DNA from: an uncultured delta proteobacterium
GTDB lineage: Bacteria; Desulfobacterota; Syntrophorhabdia; Syntrophorhabdales; WCHB1-27
NCBI GenBank assembly: GCA_963717985.1
Contig: CAVQYC010000005.1
Span: 148,508-212,507, forward strand
Reading direction: 5' to 3'
DNA length: 64,000 nucleotides
In this document: positions 1-10,150 of the stretch, piece by piece
Position numbering within the stretch: the first letter of the stretch is position 1
How the letters are laid out: every line of letters starts with the position of its first letter
Notes under the pieces: generated by a model
What the model was told of the DNA's origin: nothing
What the model saw: the letters and a program-made list of their open reading frames with translations, nothing else
Databases searched by the model: none
Position numbers and translations under genes: made by a program

Positions 1-2
1 GT

Positions 3-182
3 TTCTCGCCTGACCCGGAATGGTGCCGCATAATTGAATTCTACTGTCCGGCCTGCGGGCTGATGATAGAAAACCAGTACCTGCCACCGGGGCATCCCAT
101 TACCCATGACATAGAGCTCGACATAGAGAGCGTACGGAAACTACATGAAACCCCCGGGCACGCGGCCGCGGGCGGTAAGTGA
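3..182 (+). CDS. C-terminal fragment of acetone carboxylase gamma / acetophenone carboxylase beta (ApcB)-like small subunit (5' end outside window)
   Basis: Manual translation of frame 3: FSPDPEWCRIIEFYCPACGLMIENQYLPPGHPITHDIELD..., with a CxxC and the family-like C-terminal motif; stop TGA at 180-182 directly before the RBS of the next gene. Confidence 0.75.
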   Translation, partial: FSPDPEWCRIIEFYCPACGLMIENQYLPPGHPITHDIELDIESVRKLHETPGHAAAGGK

Positions 183-192
183 AGGAGGCGAC

Positions 193-2337
193 ATGAGCTA
201 CACTGTTGACGTAGATATTGGAGGAACATTCACCGATTTTTTTGCCTCGGATGCTCACGGCAGGGTTATGCTCGCCAAGTCTCCCACGACTCATTACGAC
301 CTCTCCGTCGGTTTTGTCCGAGGGCTGAAGGAACTCGCAAAGGCGCTTGACCTGCCGCTGCAGAAGCTCCTCAACGATTGCGACGCTATCCATTACTGTA
401 CGACCCTCGGCACCAACGCCCTTATCGAGCGCACGGGCCCGAAACTGGGGCTTATCACGACCGCGGGGTTCGAGGATACTATCGGAATAGGCAGGGCACG
501 CTCCTGGGCTGACGGCGTGTCGGGTAATGAGAACAAGGACCTCGCGCGGATCAATAAGCCTGTGCCTCTTGTCTCCCGGGACATGATCGTGGGCTTGAGA
601 GAACGGGTCGACTATCAGGGAAGCGTGGTGATGCCGCTGACACGGGAAGACGTGCTCGAGAAGCTCCAGTACCTGGTTGAGAAAGGGGCGATGGGCTATG
701 TGGTGTGCCTCCTCTGGTCCTGCTACAACCCGGTTCACGAGCTCATGGTCAAGCAGATCATAGAGGATGAGTACCCGGAGGACTACCTGGGCAGCATGCC
801 CGTCTTTCTTTCCCACAGTATCTCGCCGAAGATGGGTGAATACACCAGGTTCACCACAACCATAGTCAACGGCTACATCCACAGCGTGATGGGGGAGGAG
901 CTTTCACGTCTGACCTGGGAGCTGAAGGACAATGGCTACAAGAGGCCGTTGGTGCTGGTGCAAAATACGGGCGGGATGAAGAAGGTGACGCGGACGCGGG
1001 CCGTGATGACGTATAACGCGGGGCCGGTTTCCGGTCTTTACGGCAGCCGTTACCTGGGACAGCTTTACAATATGGACAATATCATATTCACTGACATGGG
1101 GGGTACTTCCTACGATATCGGGGTGGTCTCGGAGGGGCAGATAAGGACATACGACTTCATCCCCGTTATCGACCGGTGGAGGACAAATATACCTGCCATA
1201 GAGGTCAAATCGATCGGTGCAGGCGGAGGTTCGGTCGCGTGGGTCAACAAGCTGTTCGAGAATAGGCTGGAGGTAGGACCCCAGTCGGCCGGGTCGATGC
1301 CGGGGCCCGCATGCTACGACCAGGGCGGTATTCAGCCGACCGTTACCGATGCAGACCTTGTCCTCGGTTACCTCAACCCGGACAACTATCTGAGCGGAAA
1401 GATGCGGCTCAAAAAGGAGCTGGCCGAAAAGGCGATCCGGGAAGAGGTGGCCGAGCCGCTGGGCATTGACGTGGTCGAGGCAGCAGTAAGGATACGCCGG
1501 ATCATAGACGCGAAGATGGGGCAGGAGGTCTTCAACGAGGTGGTCCTCAAAGGCTACGACCCGAGGGAATTCGCGCTCCTCGCCGGTGGCGGAGCCGGCG
1601 CGTGTCACGCCCTCGATATCGCCCCGTACCTCGAGGTCCGGAAGGTCATCATGTCGCCGTTCTCTCCCGTTTTCGGCGCCTTCGGTGCGTCTACAATCGA
1701 CGTGATGCAGGTGTTTGACCGGACCAAAGCGATGAAGCTATTCCGGTACATGACGCAGAAGTACACGGACGCGTACGAGGAGTTCAATACGGTCGTGAGG
1801 GAGCTGAAGGACCTGGCGCTTCGCGACTTGAAGCTGGAAGGTTACCGCGAGCAGGAGATCAGGTTCGTGCTGGAGCTGGAGATGCGCTATGGGATGCAGT
1901 ACAATTACACGAAGATCGAGTCGCCTCACCTGGAGATTTACGGCGAAAAGGACGTGCAGGACATATGCCGGCGCTTCGAGGAGATATACGCCCGTGTCTA
2001 CACACCAGAGGCCGCATTCCCTCAGGGCGGCATAAATGTAGAAAATTTCTTCCTGAAGGCCATCGTTCCCACGCGCCATGTGGAGGTCCTTAACCGCCCG
2101 ATGGAAGGTGCAACGCCGGTGGCCGGCGCGCGGAAGGGAAGCAGGCCCGTGTACTTCATCGACCTCGGCCGCTTCCACGAGACACCTATATATACGTTCG
2201 AGGCGCTTCTCTCGGGTAACATCGTGGATGGGCCGGCGATTATCGAAGCCGCGCAGACTACGTGTGTGATCAACCCGGGGTGGCGCTTTTTAATGGACGC
2301 ATATGGCCAGGGTATTTTAGAGCGGGTGTCCGGTTAG
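193..2337 (+). CDS. Hydantoinase/oxoprolinase A family ATP-binding subunit (ApcC-like)
   Basis: VDIGGTFTD, DMGGTSYD, IGAGGGS, GPQSAGSMPGPACY and PTVTDAD motifs; RBS GGAGG before ATG 193. Confidence 0.9.
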   Translation: MSYTVDVDIGGTFTDFFASDAHGRVMLAKSPTTHYDLSVGFVRGLKELAKALDLPLQKLLNDCDAIHYCTTLGTNALIERTGPKLGLITTAGFEDTIGIGRARSWADGVSGNENKDLARINKPVPLVSRDMIVGLRERVDYQGSVVMPLTREDVLEKLQYLVEKGAMGYVVCLLWSCYNPVHELMVKQIIEDEYPEDYLGSMPVFLSHSISPKMGEYTRFTTTIVNGYIHSVMGEELSRLTWELKDNGYKRPLVLVQNTGGMKKVTRTRAVMTYNAGPVSGLYGSRYLGQLYNMDNIIFTDMGGTSYDIGVVSEGQIRTYDFIPVIDRWRTNIPAIEVKSIGAGGGSVAWVNKLFENRLEVGPQSAGSMPGPACYDQGGIQPTVTDADLVLGYLNPDNYLSGKMRLKKELAEKAIREEVAEPLGIDVVEAAVRIRRIIDAKMGQEVFNEVVLKGYDPREFALLAGGGAGACHALDIAPYLEVRKVIMSPFSPVFGAFGASTIDVMQVFDRTKAMKLFRYMTQKYTDAYEEFNTVVRELKDLALRDLKLEGYREQEIRFVLELEMRYGMQYNYTKIESPHLEIYGEKDVQDICRRFEEIYARVYTPEAAFPQGGINVENFFLKAIVPTRHVEVLNRPMEGATPVAGARKGSRPVYFIDLGRFHETPIYTFEALLSGNIVDGPAIIEAAQTTCVINPGWRFLMDAYGQGILERVSG

Positions 2338-2362
2338 ATCTCACAAGCCGAAGGAGGAGGCA

Positions 2363-4426
2363 ATGAAAAATCAGGGATATGGAAGGGATTTTGAGGTAGT
2401 CCAGCGGTTGAGACCGGAGCCGGTCACCCCCGAGGAGGCCCGGGCGATGGAGAACCTCGACCCGACGGATTTTGAGATTTTCAACCACAAGATGAGTATG
2501 ATCGCGCTCGAAGGTAAGGAGACGACCCAGAAGCTGGGTGCAAGCGCAGGCATGCGCTGGGGCGACGTTGCCTTCGGTATTTATACCGCGCAGGGTGACC
2601 TCGCCGTATGTGCAACCGGGATCTGGTTCCACGCGGCGCTAGGACAGATCCCGATAAAGTACATTATCAAGCACTGGGTGGACGAACCTTCTGTGGGTGT
2701 GAAGGAGGGAGATTCCTTTTTCTTCAACGACCCTTTCTACTGCGGCGTCCACGGGGGAGACATGGGCCTTGCCGTGCCGGTCTTTTATAAGGGCACGCTG
2801 ATCTGCTTTACCGGCGCCGTCGTCCATTCAGGGGAGAATGGGGCAACAGAGCCGGGCGGTACACCAACCAGCGGACGATCCCGTTACGACGAGGGATTCC
2901 TCGTGCCGCCGCTAAAAATAGGGGAAAATTACGCGTTGCGTGAGGATTTGATGAACATGTTCGCCAACGCCGTGCGCGATCCCCGCACACTTGTACTCGA
3001 TATCAAGGCCCGTCTTGCTGCCTGCCGTATCAGTCAAAGGCGTATCGTCGACCTGATCGAGAAGAAGGGCACATCGCTCTTTGTGGGGGGGTTGAGGAAG
3101 ATACTTCTGGATACCGCGGCGGCAGCAAAAAAGAAGGTCGCGGAGTTGCCCGACGGCACCTTCCGGCAGCCGGTCTTCATGGACACAGTGGGCGCCGAGT
3201 CAGCGCTGATCAAGCTGAATGTCGAGCTGGAGAAAAAAGGCGACAAGATAAAGCTTAACCTGCACGACACCTCCCCGATGATTGCAGACAGGCCGCTGAA
3301 CACGTACTTTCAGGGGATCATCGGGTTGACGATGGTCTATTTCTGCGGTTGGTTCTTCCATAACCTCCCCGCGAACAATGCACTGCTCGAAGTGCTCGAC
3401 TGGGAGTTCCCGCCAAATACCCTGGTCAACGCTGCGGGCGACGTACCAACGGCGCAGGCGCCATTTCCCCAGGTGGCCTACAGTCACAGCATCTTTCACA
3501 TTGGAGCCAAGATGACCTACGGCTACGACCCAATGCGTGCCGTTGCGGCCTGGTACCAGGGTTTCGGTTTTACCGTGTACGGGGGCCTCAATCAATGGGG
3601 CGAGCCCATCGCCGATATCTCCGCGGAGATGAACGCAACCGGGTGCGGTGCACGGCCCGACCAGGACGGGGTAGACGTGGCAGGTTCTTTCTTTGCCACG
3701 ATGAGTGACTGTAGCGACGTCGAGACCACGGAGGCGGACCGTCCCTTCCTGTATCTCTTCCGCAACTACTTTCAGAACCATGGCCCGGGTAAATACCGCG
3801 GTGGAAACGGTACGGGGTACGCGCTCGTCGTGCACAAGGTGCCGTGGCTTTTCATCGGCTCCCTTGGCTTCGGATCCAAGTTCCCCGCCTCGATGGGTAT
3901 TTTTGGCGGGTACGCGGCTGCCGCCTCTGTAGTCGAGACGGTGCGCGGATCGAACCTACCGCAGCTACAGGCTCAAAGCAGCCCGGCAATACCGTCGAAC
4001 CTCCTCGAGGCCTTGCAGGAAAAGCCCCTGGAGGGGATGGCCCAGATGCATCAGATCACAACGCCCGTGGGGCCTTACGGCCAGGGCGATATCGTTTTCA
4101 TCTCAGGAGGCGGCGGGGCCGGTTACGGCGACGTGCTGGAACGGGACCCTGCACTGGTAATCGAGGACCTGAGGCGCGGCTCGATCACGAAATGGCAGGC
4201 TGAGCACGTATACCGGGTGGCTTACGACGAGAAAACACTGCGTGTCGACGAAGAAGGCACAAGGCGGCTGAGGGATGAAGAGAGGGGCAGGCGGCTCAAG
4301 GAGAGCGTGAGTTACGACGAATTCGAAAAGGAGTGGCTCAAGAAGAGACCGCCGGAGGATATCCTGAAATACTATGGTGCCTATCCCAACCCTTCCGAGG
4401 GGCCGGCACCGGGTATGATGAGGTGA
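2363..4426 (+). CDS. Hydantoinase B/oxoprolinase family subunit (ApcD-like)
   Basis: NDPFYCGVHGGD, HSGENG, GKYRGG and GGGGAGYGDVLERDP motifs; 687 aa; RBS GGAGG. Confidence 0.9.
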   Translation: MKNQGYGRDFEVVQRLRPEPVTPEEARAMENLDPTDFEIFNHKMSMIALEGKETTQKLGASAGMRWGDVAFGIYTAQGDLAVCATGIWFHAALGQIPIKYIIKHWVDEPSVGVKEGDSFFFNDPFYCGVHGGDMGLAVPVFYKGTLICFTGAVVHSGENGATEPGGTPTSGRSRYDEGFLVPPLKIGENYALREDLMNMFANAVRDPRTLVLDIKARLAACRISQRRIVDLIEKKGTSLFVGGLRKILLDTAAAAKKKVAELPDGTFRQPVFMDTVGAESALIKLNVELEKKGDKIKLNLHDTSPMIADRPLNTYFQGIIGLTMVYFCGWFFHNLPANNALLEVLDWEFPPNTLVNAAGDVPTAQAPFPQVAYSHSIFHIGAKMTYGYDPMRAVAAWYQGFGFTVYGGLNQWGEPIADISAEMNATGCGARPDQDGVDVAGSFFATMSDCSDVETTEADRPFLYLFRNYFQNHGPGKYRGGNGTGYALVVHKVPWLFIGSLGFGSKFPASMGIFGGYAAAASVVETVRGSNLPQLQAQSSPAIPSNLLEALQEKPLEGMAQMHQITTPVGPYGQGDIVFISGGGGAGYGDVLERDPALVIEDLRRGSITKWQAEHVYRVAYDEKTLRVDEEGTRRLRDEERGRRLKESVSYDEFEKEWLKKRPPEDILKYYGAYPNPSEGPAPGMMR

Positions 4427-4456
4427 ATCGACGCCGCGCGGAGGAGGGATTTGCTT

Positions 4457-6064
4457 ATGGCGAACGAATCGACAGATAATATCGTTCGGGAGCGCACCTT
4501 ACACAGGCTCCTGGAGCGTCAGGCGGAGAAGTACGGTAAAAGGACATTTTTCTATTTCAAGGAGAAGGAGTTCAGCTTCGAGGATCTGAACCTGGGGGCA
4601 TCGCGCGTCGCAGCGGGGCTGCAGAAGCTGGGCATTGTCAAAGGCGACAAGGTGGCGATCATCATGGACAACTGCCCGGAATACCTGTTCGTGTGGTTCG
4701 GGCTGTCGAAACTGGGCGCGGTGGAGGTACCGCTGAACACCGCCCACAAGGGGGAGCTGCTGACTTACATGCTGAACCAGTCGGACAGCAAGATGATCGT
4801 AATGGACAGCAAGTACAGCGATCGGGTGGGGCCCGTGCTTGCAGCAACGCCGGGGGTTGAAGGTATAGTGGTATTCGAGGGCTCGGCGCCGGGTGTAGTC
4901 CGGCTCTCAAAACAGGTTGTCGGCTGGAGCACGCTCGTCGACAACGACGGACGTTACACAGCCGCTGATGTTCTGTGGTCCGACCCTTTTATCATCATGT
5001 TCACCTCGGGTACGACCGGCCCGTCGAAGGGTTCGCTCATGCCCCAGAATTACGGGCTATACATGGGAGAGGTGATCTGCGAGACCGGCGGCTACGATGA
5101 GAAAGACTGCCTCTACAATGCACTTCCGCTCTTTCACGGCAACGCCCAGGTCCTCTCCACCTTACCGGCACTCATGAGCGGTGCACGCATGGTGCTCTGC
5201 GAACGTTTTTCGGCGAGCAGGTTCTGGGAAGACGTAAGGCGGTATTGCTGCACCGAGTTCAATTATATCGGGGGCATTCTGCCCATCCTTTTCAAAGCCG
5301 ACCCGAAGCCGGACGACCCTGATAACCCCCTGCGGATCATGATAGGGGGAGGCGCGCCCATGGACCTTTTCGATGCCTTCGAGAAGCGATTCGGGGTCAC
5401 CCTGCTCGAGGGCTACGGTATGAGTGAGATAGGCATACCACTTTTTAGTTCCGTCAAGGACCGCGCGCCGGGGACATGTGGAAAACCGCGAGACGACTAC
5501 GCGGTAAAGGTGGTCGATGACAACGGCCTCGAATTGGGGCCCAATCAGCCGGGCGAGCTGCTGATCCGTACGCTCAAGCCCTACTCGATGTTCCTGGAGT
5601 ACTACAAAATGGCCGACAAGACGGCCGAGGCGTTGGCGGATTGCTGGTTCCACACGGGGGACTATCTATACTACGACGACAGGGGGTGGTTCCACTTCGT
5701 CGACAGGAAGAAGGATGCGTTGAGGCGCAGGGGTGAGAATATCTCCTCGTACGAGGTCGAAAAGGTGGTGAACTCGCACCCGTCTGTGCTCGAATCGGCG
5801 GCCGTCGCGGTGAAATCGGAACTCGGGGAGGACGAGGTGATGGTCTGCCTCACGCTGAAGCAGGGCAAGAGCCTCACACCCGGGGAGCTGATGGCGCACT
5901 GCGAGGAGAAAATGGCCTACTTTATGATCCCGAGGTACGTGCGGATCATGGCCGCGATGCCCAAGACACCCACGGAACGCGTGCAGAAGAACGTGCTCAG
6001 GGACCAGGGCGTGACGGCCGACACGTGGGACAGGGAGAAAGCAGGGTACAAACTAAAAAGATGA
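4457..6064 (+). CDS. ATP-dependent acyl-CoA ligase (CaiC-like)
   Basis: FTSGTTGPSKG, EGYGMSE, FHTGD, RRRGENISSYEVE and PKTPT adenylation motifs. Confidence 0.9.
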   Translation: MANESTDNIVRERTLHRLLERQAEKYGKRTFFYFKEKEFSFEDLNLGASRVAAGLQKLGIVKGDKVAIIMDNCPEYLFVWFGLSKLGAVEVPLNTAHKGELLTYMLNQSDSKMIVMDSKYSDRVGPVLAATPGVEGIVVFEGSAPGVVRLSKQVVGWSTLVDNDGRYTAADVLWSDPFIIMFTSGTTGPSKGSLMPQNYGLYMGEVICETGGYDEKDCLYNALPLFHGNAQVLSTLPALMSGARMVLCERFSASRFWEDVRRYCCTEFNYIGGILPILFKADPKPDDPDNPLRIMIGGGAPMDLFDAFEKRFGVTLLEGYGMSEIGIPLFSSVKDRAPGTCGKPRDDYAVKVVDDNGLELGPNQPGELLIRTLKPYSMFLEYYKMADKTAEALADCWFHTGDYLYYDDRGWFHFVDRKKDALRRRGENISSYEVEKVVNSHPSVLESAAVAVKSELGEDEVMVCLTLKQGKSLTPGELMAHCEEKMAYFMIPRYVRIMAAMPKTPTERVQKNVLRDQGVTADTWDREKAGYKLKR

Positions 6065-6097
6065 GGTCAGGGAACAGCAACGCAAGGAGGATCGGTT

Positions 6098-6703
6098 TTG
6101 GCGACCAGGAACGTGCAGGAGATGCTGCTTCACACAGCCATTGATCTCTTTAGCAGGAAAGGATACTCCGGGACTTCCATCCGTGAAGTCGGTACGAAGG
6201 CAGGCGTAAGCAATTCGCTTCTCTATCATTATTTCAAGGACAAGGAGGAGATGCTCTTTCAGATCATCCAGACAACCTCCCAGGCCCTGCTGGAGAGTCT
6301 GAAGGAGATCGACAGGAACGTGGAAGACCCCTGGGAGAGACTGCGTAAGATGATCATCCAGCACATCGTCATGTTCGGCCTTAAGAGGCGGAAGGAATCG
6401 AAAATCGTGGTAGAGGAGCAATACTGGCTCAAGGGGCAGCGGAAGGCTGCGATCTACAGTTTTCAACGCCAGATCTACGACCTGTACATGAAGAACCTGA
6501 AGGACCTCGATGCGCGGGGGGAGATCAACGGGATAGAGCTGCACGTCATCAATTTCAGCCTTTTCGGTACGCTGAACTGGGTTTTCAAGTGGTACAAGGA
6601 GGGGAGGGGCCTGAAGCCCGAAGAAGTCGCAGAAAATATTCTGAAGCTTTTGTTCCACGGGATGGTGAAACCGGCAAAGGGGTTGCCCGCGAGGGAGGTA
6701 TGA
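6098..6703 (+). CDS. TetR/AcrR family transcriptional regulator
   Basis: LFSRKGYSGTSIREVGTKAGVSNSLLYHYFKDKEE helix-turn-helix; TTG start with AGGAGG RBS. Confidence 0.9.
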   Translation: MATRNVQEMLLHTAIDLFSRKGYSGTSIREVGTKAGVSNSLLYHYFKDKEEMLFQIIQTTSQALLESLKEIDRNVEDPWERLRKMIIQHIVMFGLKRRKESKIVVEEQYWLKGQRKAAIYSFQRQIYDLYMKNLKDLDARGEINGIELHVINFSLFGTLNWVFKWYKEGRGLKPEEVAENILKLLFHGMVKPAKGLPAREV

Positions 6704-6704
6704 G

Positions 6705-7106
6705 ATGAATCAGCAGTTGAAGCCGGTAATGGATGAGATTTTCGAAAAGGGGCCGCCGCCCAGGCTCCAGGGCGGATCGTGTCCCGCGTGTGGCCGACAA
6801 TTTTTCCCGAGACCCCTAGTCTGCCCCATCTGCCTCGGTGCCACCAGCCCGACGTATCTGGCGAGCGAAGGCACGCTCCATTCCTTTGCCATTGTTCGCA
6901 CGAGGCCCCCTTTCGGTCTCCCCGAACCCTACGCAGTCGGCTACGTTGATCTCGACGACTGCGGATTGCGTATAATCAGCTTGCTCGACCCCGACAAAAC
7001 CGGGGAGCTCGCGATAGACCAGCGCGTCGCGCTCAAGGTGGGGCCCCTCGGCGTAAATCGCAGCGGAGAGCCCTGCATGCGCTACTTCTTTTCGCCGTCA
7101 AGATGA
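6705..7106 (+). CDS. Zn-ribbon/OB-fold DUF35 protein, thiolase partner (BbsA-like)
   Basis: CPACG..FFPRPLVCPIC ribbon followed by PYAVGYVDL; directly upstream of a thiolase. Confidence 0.85.
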   Translation: MNQQLKPVMDEIFEKGPPPRLQGGSCPACGRQFFPRPLVCPICLGATSPTYLASEGTLHSFAIVRTRPPFGLPEPYAVGYVDLDDCGLRIISLLDPDKTGELAIDQRVALKVGPLGVNRSGEPCMRYFFSPSR

Positions 7107-7116
7107 GGGTGGGCTT

Positions 7117-8265
7117 ATGAGAAAAGTGGATATCATTGCAGCAGCTATGACCGCCTTCGGGAAACACGTTGAGACGCCATTTGTAGAGCTGGCGGTTCCC
7201 CCCGTAGTGCAGGCGATGAAGGACGCCGGAATGAGACCTTCTCAGATCGAAGCGGGCTTCTGCTCATACGCGCTGGGTGGACGGCTGTTCGGCGCCGTTA
7301 CGTCAGGCCAAACAATCCTTTGGCAGGCAGGGATCAGCCGGGTGCCGATCGTGAACATCGAAAATGCCTGTACATCCGGTTCTTCGGCATTTCACCTCGC
7401 CTGGACCGGCATCGCGGCCGGTATGTACGACACGGCGGTGGTGGTTGGGGTGGAAAAGATGGTAGTGCCGGAGCTGGGCCTGATCAGCTCGGGGGACACC
7501 GAGCTTGACACATTGGAGGGGCTCGTCACACCGGCCAGTTTTGCAATGCGCGCGGTGCTCCACATGAAAAGGTACGGGACGACGGCCGAGCAGCTCGCCG
7601 AGGTGGCGGTAAAGAATCGGTACCATGCGAGCCTGAACCCGCTCGCCCAGTTCCGTAGCCCTATAAGCATTGAGGATGTCCTCAATTCCCCGATGATCGC
7701 CGACCCGCTCACCCGTCTCAGTTGCTGCCCGAATGCCGATGGCGCTGCCGCGGTCATACTTTGCGCCGCCTCGCGAGCTCGCAAGTACTGCTCGCGCCCG
7801 GTTCGGGTCGCGTCCTCGGTGCTGGTCACCGGCAGCTACGAGAACCCGGTGAATCTCGTCCCGTGGGAAACCGATTACCGGGCATGCCGGATGGCGTACG
7901 AACGGGCGGGCTTGGGCCCCGAAGACCTCGATGTAGCCGAATGTCACGACGCATTTACGATCGCCGAGGTTTTGCATTACGAGGGCATGGGCCTTTGCCC
8001 GGAAGGGGAAGGCGGCCGTTTTGTCCAATCGGGTGCCACCCGGCTCGGAGGCCGTATCCCGGTCAATACGTCCGGGGGACTTCTCTCGAAAGGGCACCCC
8101 GTTGGGGCCACAGGTGTGGCGCAGCTTGTGGAGGGCGTGCGGCAATTGCGCGGCGAAGCCGACGGCAGACAGGTTCCGGATGCGAAGGTGTTTATGGCGC
8201 ATTGCATGGGCGGGGACAAGGACGGGGACACGAGAAGCTGCACGGTGAATATACTTACCGTGTGA
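7117..8265 (+). CDS. Thiolase, SCP2/BbsB-like type
   Basis: ENACTSGS, DGAAAV, ECHDAF and NTSGGLLSKGHPVGATG motifs. Confidence 0.9.
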   Translation: MRKVDIIAAAMTAFGKHVETPFVELAVPPVVQAMKDAGMRPSQIEAGFCSYALGGRLFGAVTSGQTILWQAGISRVPIVNIENACTSGSSAFHLAWTGIAAGMYDTAVVVGVEKMVVPELGLISSGDTELDTLEGLVTPASFAMRAVLHMKRYGTTAEQLAEVAVKNRYHASLNPLAQFRSPISIEDVLNSPMIADPLTRLSCCPNADGAAAVILCAASRARKYCSRPVRVASSVLVTGSYENPVNLVPWETDYRACRMAYERAGLGPEDLDVAECHDAFTIAEVLHYEGMGLCPEGEGGRFVQSGATRLGGRIPVNTSGGLLSKGHPVGATGVAQLVEGVRQLRGEADGRQVPDAKVFMAHCMGGDKDGDTRSCTVNILTV

Positions 8266-8280
8266 AGGCGAGAGGGTACC

Positions 8281-9291
8281 ATGGCACCGGAGGGAAAACA
8301 GAAGTCCCCGAAACGACTTGTTAAAGACCTGTTCGAGATGAAGGAAACGGGCCGTCCCCTTTTTTTCCCCCTCATCTACCGCTACGCTTCGAAAGTGAGC
8401 AAGATGACCGTCGAGGAGATGCTCGGGGATGCCGGTAACCTGTCGAGGAGTCTCATGATGGCCAGGGATCTCTTCGACTACGATGCGATATTCAGCCACT
8501 ACGACAACTATCTCGAAATGGAGTTTGTTGCGCGATCCTTCGACTGGGCGGACAGGGGGACTGCCGCCGGGCTGGTGGAGCACCGGAGAGTCAGCCGCCT
8601 GACCGGCGCGCCTCTCGGGTCTCTCTCGGAGATCGGGCAGATCCCCGTCGTCCATGAAGCAACGAGCAGGATACACGAAGTTGTGGGTCGGGAGATCCCG
8701 GTCATAGGTGTCGTGAACAGCCCGGTCACGCTCGCCGGTGTCTTCTTCGGAAACGGCTCTCATCCCCTCGCCGACCGGCGTGACACACTCAAAGGTCCGC
8801 TCAACGACCTGCATGCCTTTGTCGTCGATCTTATAAAAGCCTACTGCAACGAACGTGTTGATATTGTCTGGATCATCGAGGAGGACTGGAGCGGTGTCAA
8901 CAGGGAGGATATCGAGTGGCTGAGGCCCTTGTACGAAACCTTCTGGAACGTCGCATCCTACTTTGATGTAAGGACGGTTCTCGCTTTTCATCACTACGAC
9001 GCCCGTGATATCGAGAAGCTCTTCAGCCTGGGGGCAAACGGCGTGTATTTGGGCGGGGAGCAGGCGAGTGATATCGATTTCCCCACACTTCACCGGCTGA
9101 TGGATCGTTACGGTGCCTGTGTGGGGATTGGCAGCCCTTACCCGGAAGGCGGGAAGAGGCCGGTGGCGGACAAGCTTCTCTCCGACATCGAGGCGGCAGG
9201 GCCAGGCTTCTTTGTTTCGACCCCGTTCGAGGTGCCCCTAGAGGTGCCGGTCGAGTGGTTGTACGATATGGTGGATCGGATAAAGGGATAG
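8281..9291 (+). CDS. Uroporphyrinogen decarboxylase/MtaA-CmuA fold protein, divergent
   Basis: PVIGVVNSPVTLA segment, overall size and C-terminal GFFVST..EVP pattern resemble the UroD-like barrel. Confidence 0.55.
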   Translation: MAPEGKQKSPKRLVKDLFEMKETGRPLFFPLIYRYASKVSKMTVEEMLGDAGNLSRSLMMARDLFDYDAIFSHYDNYLEMEFVARSFDWADRGTAAGLVEHRRVSRLTGAPLGSLSEIGQIPVVHEATSRIHEVVGREIPVIGVVNSPVTLAGVFFGNGSHPLADRRDTLKGPLNDLHAFVVDLIKAYCNERVDIVWIIEEDWSGVNREDIEWLRPLYETFWNVASYFDVRTVLAFHHYDARDIEKLFSLGANGVYLGGEQASDIDFPTLHRLMDRYGACVGIGSPYPEGGKRPVADKLLSDIEAAGPGFFVSTPFEVPLEVPVEWLYDMVDRIKG

Positions 9292-9308
9292 GTGCGAAAG
9301 GGGAGGCC

Positions 9309-9956
9309 ATGGCAATTCTATTCGCTCAGAACTGGGACATCATCGAAGGCAGGGAGGACGATTACGCGCGGTTTGTTTCCGAGACCTACCTGCCCGGCAC
9401 AATGAGTGTGGGGTTGATCTCCGTCGGCGGCTACTACGTGGAGACGGGTTTCGGACCACGCATAGTGGCGGTGCTGTCGAGCGAGACGGTCCGCGCCCTG
9501 GCAGATGTGGTGGTACAGAAGAAATTCAAAGAGCTCACGGCAGGGCTGAAATCGTTTGTGTGCAACTACCGCGGCTATGTGCTCGAGCCGACCGGGCGGG
9601 TAAAGCACGAGAAATATACCATTCAGAAGGGTGTGTGGAAGTTCAACCAGTACTACGATGTGAGGCCGGGCAAGAAGAGGGAGTACACCGATTTCGTCCT
9701 GAAGGAGCATCTACCGACAATGCAGGGTATCGACTATGTCGAGGTGACCGGCGGCTGGAATGTTTTGTTCGGTGGTGTGAGTGAGATTATCGCCGAGTTC
9801 ACGTTCAAGGACCCGGAGGACATAGGCAAGCTGCTCAAAAACGAGGCCTTCAGGCGGATCACGATACGTCTGAAAACCGACTATGCCACAAACTATCAGA
9901 GCAGGATTCTGCGCTGCACCGAGAGGTTTGACGAGGTGAAGTGGGTCAAACTCTAG
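9309..9956 (+). CDS. Hypothetical protein with two tandem homologous alpha/beta domains
   Basis: QNWDIIEGREDDYARFV..YLP versus QYYDVRPGKKREYTDFV..HLP; RBS GGGAGG before ATG 9309. Confidence 0.65.
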   Translation: MAILFAQNWDIIEGREDDYARFVSETYLPGTMSVGLISVGGYYVETGFGPRIVAVLSSETVRALADVVVQKKFKELTAGLKSFVCNYRGYVLEPTGRVKHEKYTIQKGVWKFNQYYDVRPGKKREYTDFVLKEHLPTMQGIDYVEVTGGWNVLFGGVSEIIAEFTFKDPEDIGKLLKNEAFRRITIRLKTDYATNYQSRILRCTERFDEVKWVKL

Positions 9957-10150
9957 CCCGGGCAACCTTGACAGGATAACCTGCTCAACGCGACGTTTGC
10001 AGCCACGTCCCCACCTCCCTCAGATGCATGCTTTCAACGTAAATACTACCTTTTTTGCTTGACTTGTGCGCCTCAAAGTGTATACAACTGACTAGGTAGC
10101 AGGTACGAGGCGAAAGTTCCAATGTTGCTCGAATCATAAGGAGGTTGCAC

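Noticed and set aside
7303-9093. 596-aa minus-strand ORF, and similar long shadow ORFs (43623-44897, 47377-48819, 57970-59403)
   Set aside because: They lie antisense to well-supported genes, lack motifs, and are expected from GC-rich codon bias
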